A DNA stretch of 64,000 bases from Eledone cirrhosa (lineage: Eukaryota), in contig OZ024742.1 in the NCBI GenBank assembly GCA_964016885.1, positions 235,352,001-235,416,000 of the forward strand, in the 5' to 3' direction. The notes under the pieces were generated by a model. It made no database searches, had not been told where the DNA came from, and was given only the letters and a program-made list of their open reading frames with translations. Position 1 is the first letter of the stretch, and the number at the start of each line of letters is the position of its first letter. Of the stretch, positions 58,560 to 64,000 are shown piece after piece. Both the position numbers and the translations under genes were made by a program.

Positions 58560-59550
58560 ATAATAAGTCCTCTACGCCTGCTATCAGGAATACATCTATT
58601 GTACTCCTCTCTTCAGAGAGGTACATCCTTGTGGAGAAAATACTTTACTAATCTTCTAAACCAAATCACAACAGCATCTTCTGATGTACACGTGTGCATC
58701 TGGGAGCAGTAATTAATTTCTCGGAGGCTGAGGTCACAAGTGCAGTTAAAGAGCTCAAATCTGGCAAGGCCACTGGTGAAGGTGAAATCTGGCCCCGAGA
58801 TGTTAAAAGTCTTAAATAGGGAAAGTATTCTGACTGTGATCTCCGACTTGCACTTGATAGGTTTGATGCCGAGTGCTGCATGGCTGGAATGAAAATCAGT
58901 GCTGCGAAAACTAAGACACTTGTTCTCTCAAGGTAGCCTGCACAGTGCATTCTACATGTGAATGGAATTCCACTGAAGCAGGTGGAGAAGTTCAAGTATC
59001 TCGGGGTCGTGTTCATGAGTGATGGAAGGCAAGAGGCTGAATTAAGTGCAGTAATGTGCCAGCTTCAGCATTTGATAATCAGAAGGTAGGTAGGCGTAAA
59101 AGCCAACTTGCTATCGTCAATTCGGTATTCATGCCAACCCTTTGGTCATGAATCTTAGGTAATGACCAAAAGAATACGATTGCAAATATAAGTGACAGAA
59201 ATGGGGTTCCTCCACAGGGTCTTTGGAGTAACGTTACTCAATTGTGTGCATAGCTTGGAGATCAGAGTCACTCCTGGTAGAGCTTCTACTTCTCCGAATT
59301 GAGAGATCACAGCTCTGATAATAAAGGCATGTAGTTAGAATGTCTCAGGAAAGAATTACTGGACAGATTTTACAGGAAAAACCAACAGGCAGGAGACCCA
59401 GGGGTAGACCCCGAGCAAGATGGTTGGATAACATCTATGAGTTAGGCTGGTTTCGCTTGGGGATCCAGCTGGATCAGTTGCTTCTGACAGGACTCGCTGG
59501 ACTGAGTGTTTGGGGATTCTGCCACCATGACCCTCTCAGTAGAAAGTGGA
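58560..59550 (+). mobile_element. Degenerate RTE-like LINE, same family as 29688-31581
   Basis: [27 protein letters not shown]. More of the element likely lies at 58240-58390, split by a SINE at ~58400-58550. Confidence 0.8.
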
Positions 59551-59899
59551 TGACATATTCCACTATTTCAACCAGTACTTCAACAAATAAAAGTTCCCAA
59601 AGGCAACCTTATTTAATCTCTGCTTACAGACTCAAGAACTATTTTGAATAGAAGGATGTTGGGGAATGAATCCAGGTGGATACCGTACTGTACGTTAAAT
59701 TTGCTGCTTATCTAAACATTACTTGGCCTGAACAGCTCCACAATCTGCAATTATCACATTATTATTAAAATAAAACACTTGAAATATTGTGTTGTTTTGG
59801 GGGGAAGTGTATGTTTTCATTTGATCTGAACATTTTATATCCATAGAAATTATGGCCATTAATAAGATTTTCTCATTAAAATGATAATATAATATATAA

Positions 59900-60517
59900 T
59901 ATAATGAAATTATTGTGTAAAGTGCTCAGGTGCACTACAACTCGTCAAAGGTGCATGTATAGTACATAGAATAATATACAAATGTCAGGGAAGTGAATAG
60001 TGTCTGAGACATGATATACATGTGTGTATGTATGGAGGGGGAACATTAGGTGTAGTGTTGGTAAATCTCGGGAAGCATGGAGGTTTTAAAGGATGCAGTG
60101 TCTTGACAGCTAACAACTGATGCAGGTAGTTTGTTCCATGCTTCAGCAACTCTGAGTGTGAAAAAAATGTTTCCGAAAGTCATGGGAACTGTGCTGTTTT
60201 CTGACTTTGTGGGCATGCCCACGTGTGTTAGACACATGGAAATCAAAAAGGTACTCAGGGTTGTTGTTGGCAAGATGGTTAATAATTTTGTGGGTGTTTA
60301 CCAAGTCATCGGAGCTTCAATGTATCCATGCTCAGGGAAGCAAGGCGTTCAGAGTATGGTAGATGCCTGATGGAAGGTATTCGCTTGGTTGCACGTCTCT
60401 GAACAGTTTCCAGGCGGTCAATGTTCTGAGCAAGATAGGGGTTCCAGATTGGTGATGCAAATTCTAAGTGTGGCCGCACCATAGCCATATACAGCTTTTA
60501 ATAGATAGCTGGAGAGC
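59900..60517 (-). mobile_element. CR1 LINE 3' fragment, same family as 46120-48150
   Basis: MVRPHLEFASPIWNPYL..LETVQRRAT..FFTLRVAEAWNKLP plus the shared 3' UTR. Confidence 0.92.
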
Positions 60518-61674
60518 GTGGTAATTCAATTTGCTTCGAGATATTACTAATGAAAATATACCTGATAAGTGTCTATTGAATGTACATAGAGCAGTAGTTA
60601 ATATTATGGTATAATATTCCTTTCACATATCTAATATTTAATTAAAACTCATCTTGACATATCCCAAAACTAATATTTATAATATACCAATGTTTAAGTG
60701 TATATTATTTTTCAATTAATCTTCACTTAAAAAGAATTTTTGGTGAGTGTCAATAAGTTCTATAAACCAATGAGCTGTAATAATCAACTGCCACTCTTTT
60801 CATGATTATTTTGTTCCATTCAATATCAAGATAGTAGTTGGTTATGGTTCCCTTGTTGACCTATGGATTAAGTATATAGGCAAGATGTTTAACACTGGAT
60901 CAACAAATACAGTTCCAGTGCTTAGGAGACTGAGCATTAATATACATCAAAGTTATATAAAAATTATGATTACATAATTTTTACTGTAATATCTTTGACA
61001 TCACAATAATGATGTGTCCAAAATTGATTCTTCTATAAATACATATATCTCTTAACATTCTATAGAATTCACTAGTTATAACAAAATTATTTGCTATCTT
61101 TGATAGGAAGGAGAGTAGGTAAAAACTCCATCCTATGTTTGAAATGCAAGGTATAATAAAAGCTGATATTGCACAATTACACCTCAGCAAGGCGATAACA
61201 CAGGACTGTGTTCTCTGGTGCTATACAGTATTACAGAAGACCCGCCCTCCCATATGCTCGAGCTGAGCCATATATCTAGTAGGCAACACCTTCCCCTACC
61301 AACTCCCTTCCCATACACCTCCATTGCGGTAATCATCCCACCCCTATAAATATTGTCAGGCTTTTTCCCCACCCCATCCAAGTACACAACACCTTCCCAT
61401 ACAGCTCCCTTGCTGTAATCATCCTATACCTATGTCCCCAATTCCCAGGCTTCTTCTCCACCCCTCACAAAGTTGTCCCCCTGGTGTCTCGACATTAAGC
61501 GTCCAGCCTTCAAAACTAATGGGATGTGAAGCAGAAGACGAGAGAAAAGTTATCTCGTAATATCAAAGTTGTAGGATTTAATACAAGGGAATCACTTTTT
61601 AACTTCGTACTGTAAACCAAACAACACCCAATATAGTCGTTTTCTCTTCTACCAGTCTTCTCTTATTTATTTAA

Positions 61675-61702
61675 CCGCGCGAAGCTGGGTACGTCAGCTA
61701 GT
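61675..61702 (+). mobile_element. Helitron/Helentron-like 3' terminus
   Basis: GC-rich imperfect hairpin CCGCGCGAAGCTGGG followed by TACGTCAGCTAGT. Confidence 0.45.
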
Positions 61703-62329
61703 TGCTATATAAATTGTTGTTACTGCTGCTGTGGTTACAGTGTTGATCGATTGATATCAATGGCTCGTGGATGTAACAATTTTGCGTTTGGGACATAGTG
61801 CTGTATTTTGATGAAGGTTGAGTCTATATACTTTCTGTTGTTCTTTTGTGTTTGCATATGTACTATACATACACTTTTGATGAGTTGTAGTGCACCTGAG
61901 CACTGTACACAATATTTTCATTATTATCATAAGTTGAATGTTAGTTGGGACTATGAGAAATTTCCATGTCCATAAAATTGCTCCGACTCCAGCGTCGTCC
62001 AGCCTCCTATTTAAGCATGTGTGAAGACAGTTCTTTTCTAACGTTGGGACACCAATTTAGCGACAGTAATTATTTTGGTTGTAGCGATAGTGTGTGTTGT
62101 TGATATAGTATGTGAAGAATTGTAGATGTAGCGACAGAAAGTCTGTTTCCCCTTTCGAAAGTTAGTTTTAGTTTTTGTTGTTAATCAGACTACGTGCTAG
62201 TAAGTCTGGCATCACCAACTATTGCGAGGTGAATGGTATCGCTGTCGTTGTTTTCCAGTCAGCAAATGCATGAGAAAATGCATCTGAAGGCTGTTCGATA
62301 AGTCAGAGTCCCCAATGTTATGATGAATA

Positions 62330-63420
62330 TTTTGGATGTAGTGTGTAGCGATGATTTATTGTTCGCTTTGGCGTAGCACATATTGTAGTAGTAATGTTGT
62401 TGACTTAATGGGTAATTCCGGGAATTGCTCTTTCCTATATAAGTCAGTATGTGTGGAAAGATTTTACTACAGGTGTTTCACATCACAAAGCAGTATGTCA
62501 GTGAAAACCAGGATGTTGTGGGGGGGGGGGGGGTAAGAGTAACTGAACAGGCCTGGAAATGCTTTTACACGAGGCTGGTGAATATGGAGAATGAGTGGAA
62601 GAAAGAGACTCAACAGAGAGACCAGCTATCAAAATTGACAATTGTAGGGTAAAAAAAGCAATCAAGGAGACGAAAATGGTAAAGCCGGTGGTTTGTCAGA
62701 GATAGTAAGAGTTAAACTAGTCACCTGCATAATCAATCAGTTAATACATGATGGTGACATACGCAATGGCTGGCGTCGAAGTATACTCGTTAACCGTTGT
62801 AAAGGAAAACGTGGTACACAAGAAAGCAGCAACTATAGGGGTATAAAACTAACGGACTAAATTATGAAAGTGACAATGAGTTTTAACACAACTAACTAGG
62901 AAGAGCAAAATTAGATGAAATTCAGTTCGGTTATGTGCCAGTGAAGAGCACCATAGATGCCCTCTTAAAGAGACATCTACAAGATAAGCTCCAAGCTAAG
63001 TGTACGCCACTGTATCTAGTTTGCTTTTATTTGGAGAAGGCCTTTGACAGAGTACCACGACCTGTCATCCGGTGGTCCTTAAGAAAACCAGGCGTAGAAC
63101 AATGCCTTGTCAGAGCAGTGCAAGTCCTATACAGAAGAGCTGTCAGTAAAGTGAGGGTAGGTAATGAGTTTAGAGAGGAATTCAATGTGCAGGTAGTTGT
63201 TCATTAGAACTCAGTCGGCAGCACAGTCCTGTTTATTATAGTTCTTCAGGCTATAACAGGGGTGTTTAAGATTGTCCAAGGGAACTTCTGTATGCTGACG
63301 ACCTGCTTCTTCTGGCCGAATCTGTAGAAAAGCTAAAGACTTTGGAAACAGATCTAAGAATAAAAAGGTAAAATTAGCAAAAACAGAAGTTTTAGAAAGT
63401 AGTAAAAAAGACGGCTCTAA
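62330..63420 (+). mobile_element. Degenerate RTE/BovB-like LINE RT fragment
   Basis: NYRGIKL, QFGYVP..STIDA, LEKAFDRVPR, ELLYADDL. Confidence 0.85.
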
Positions 63421-63606
63421 TGGCATCATTTACAATGTTATCTTGTAATTTGTAGATCTGAAATTGAGTTAACATACCATCATCAATTCACTCGGAAGAG
63501 CATAATAGATAAATGTAGTTCTGTATATACTATGCCTGAAAATAAGAGAAAATTGATATGGCTGAAAGGTTTTTAATCATAAGCATGTTTATTCAGTATA
63601 AAAAAA

Positions 63607-63880
63607 AACTATAGAGAACTCTCTACTGATTAGAGGTCAGATCTTCTGCGATCAATAAAACTTCCGTTATGTTAAATTCATTCCGTTTATTTTGTTTTTT
63701 ACATTTGTTTACACTATCTTGGCAATAACTAATTAAGTACTGAAGTTAATTAGGAGATTGTTCATTAATCAGAAGAAAATAGAGATATCCTGTAAGAACT
63801 AATTGAAAGTTCGGATCTATCATCTCAGTACATCTCATAACTACATTGCTATGTAAGTATCATTAATATATTTTAGACAT
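63607..63880 (+). promoter_or_regulatory. Paralogous copy of the ZNF promoter/first exon
   Basis: Inverted homolog of 52332-52620, with ACTTCCG at 63660 and donor gtaagt at 63853. Confidence 0.55.
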
Positions 63881-64000
63881 TATAAAACAAACACTTTTGT
63901 ATCACATAACCAAGGATGGTTTCAAGCAGTTTGCTGTTAAAAGGGTTAACCAAGACTAATAAACACGTCTAACTCGCAGTAACAATTTAACTATTAGTTT

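Overview
Eukaryotic, AT-rich animal genomic DNA, most likely an octopod cephalopod. That assignment is inferred from the repeat content, the long (TA/TACA)n tracts and the clustered C2H2 zinc-finger genes. Positions 1-17808 are a (TA)n/(TACA)n microsatellite tract with islands of complex sequence, ending at a 200-N gap. The islands hold a ~496-bp tandem repeat whose complete units each carry a minimal type I hammerhead ribozyme (retrozyme-like), a 210-bp-arm inverted repeat with a hammerhead on each strand, a Penelope-like (GIY-YIG, Naiad-like) element with a downstream hammerhead, a further long-stem hammerhead and a young RTE LINE fragment. After the gap lies a complete 9-exon WDR82 gene (313 aa, intron 2 is GC-AG) whose introns are filled with RTE, CRE, mariner, SINE and rolling-circle-like elements. 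Further right are CRE, CR1, Penelope-like and L1/Tx1-like fragments, two divergently oriented paralogous C2H2 zinc-finger genes and the promoter/first exon of a probable third paralog. The long YIYI ORFs in the ORF track are microsatellite artefacts. All structures were paired by eye and no database searches were run.
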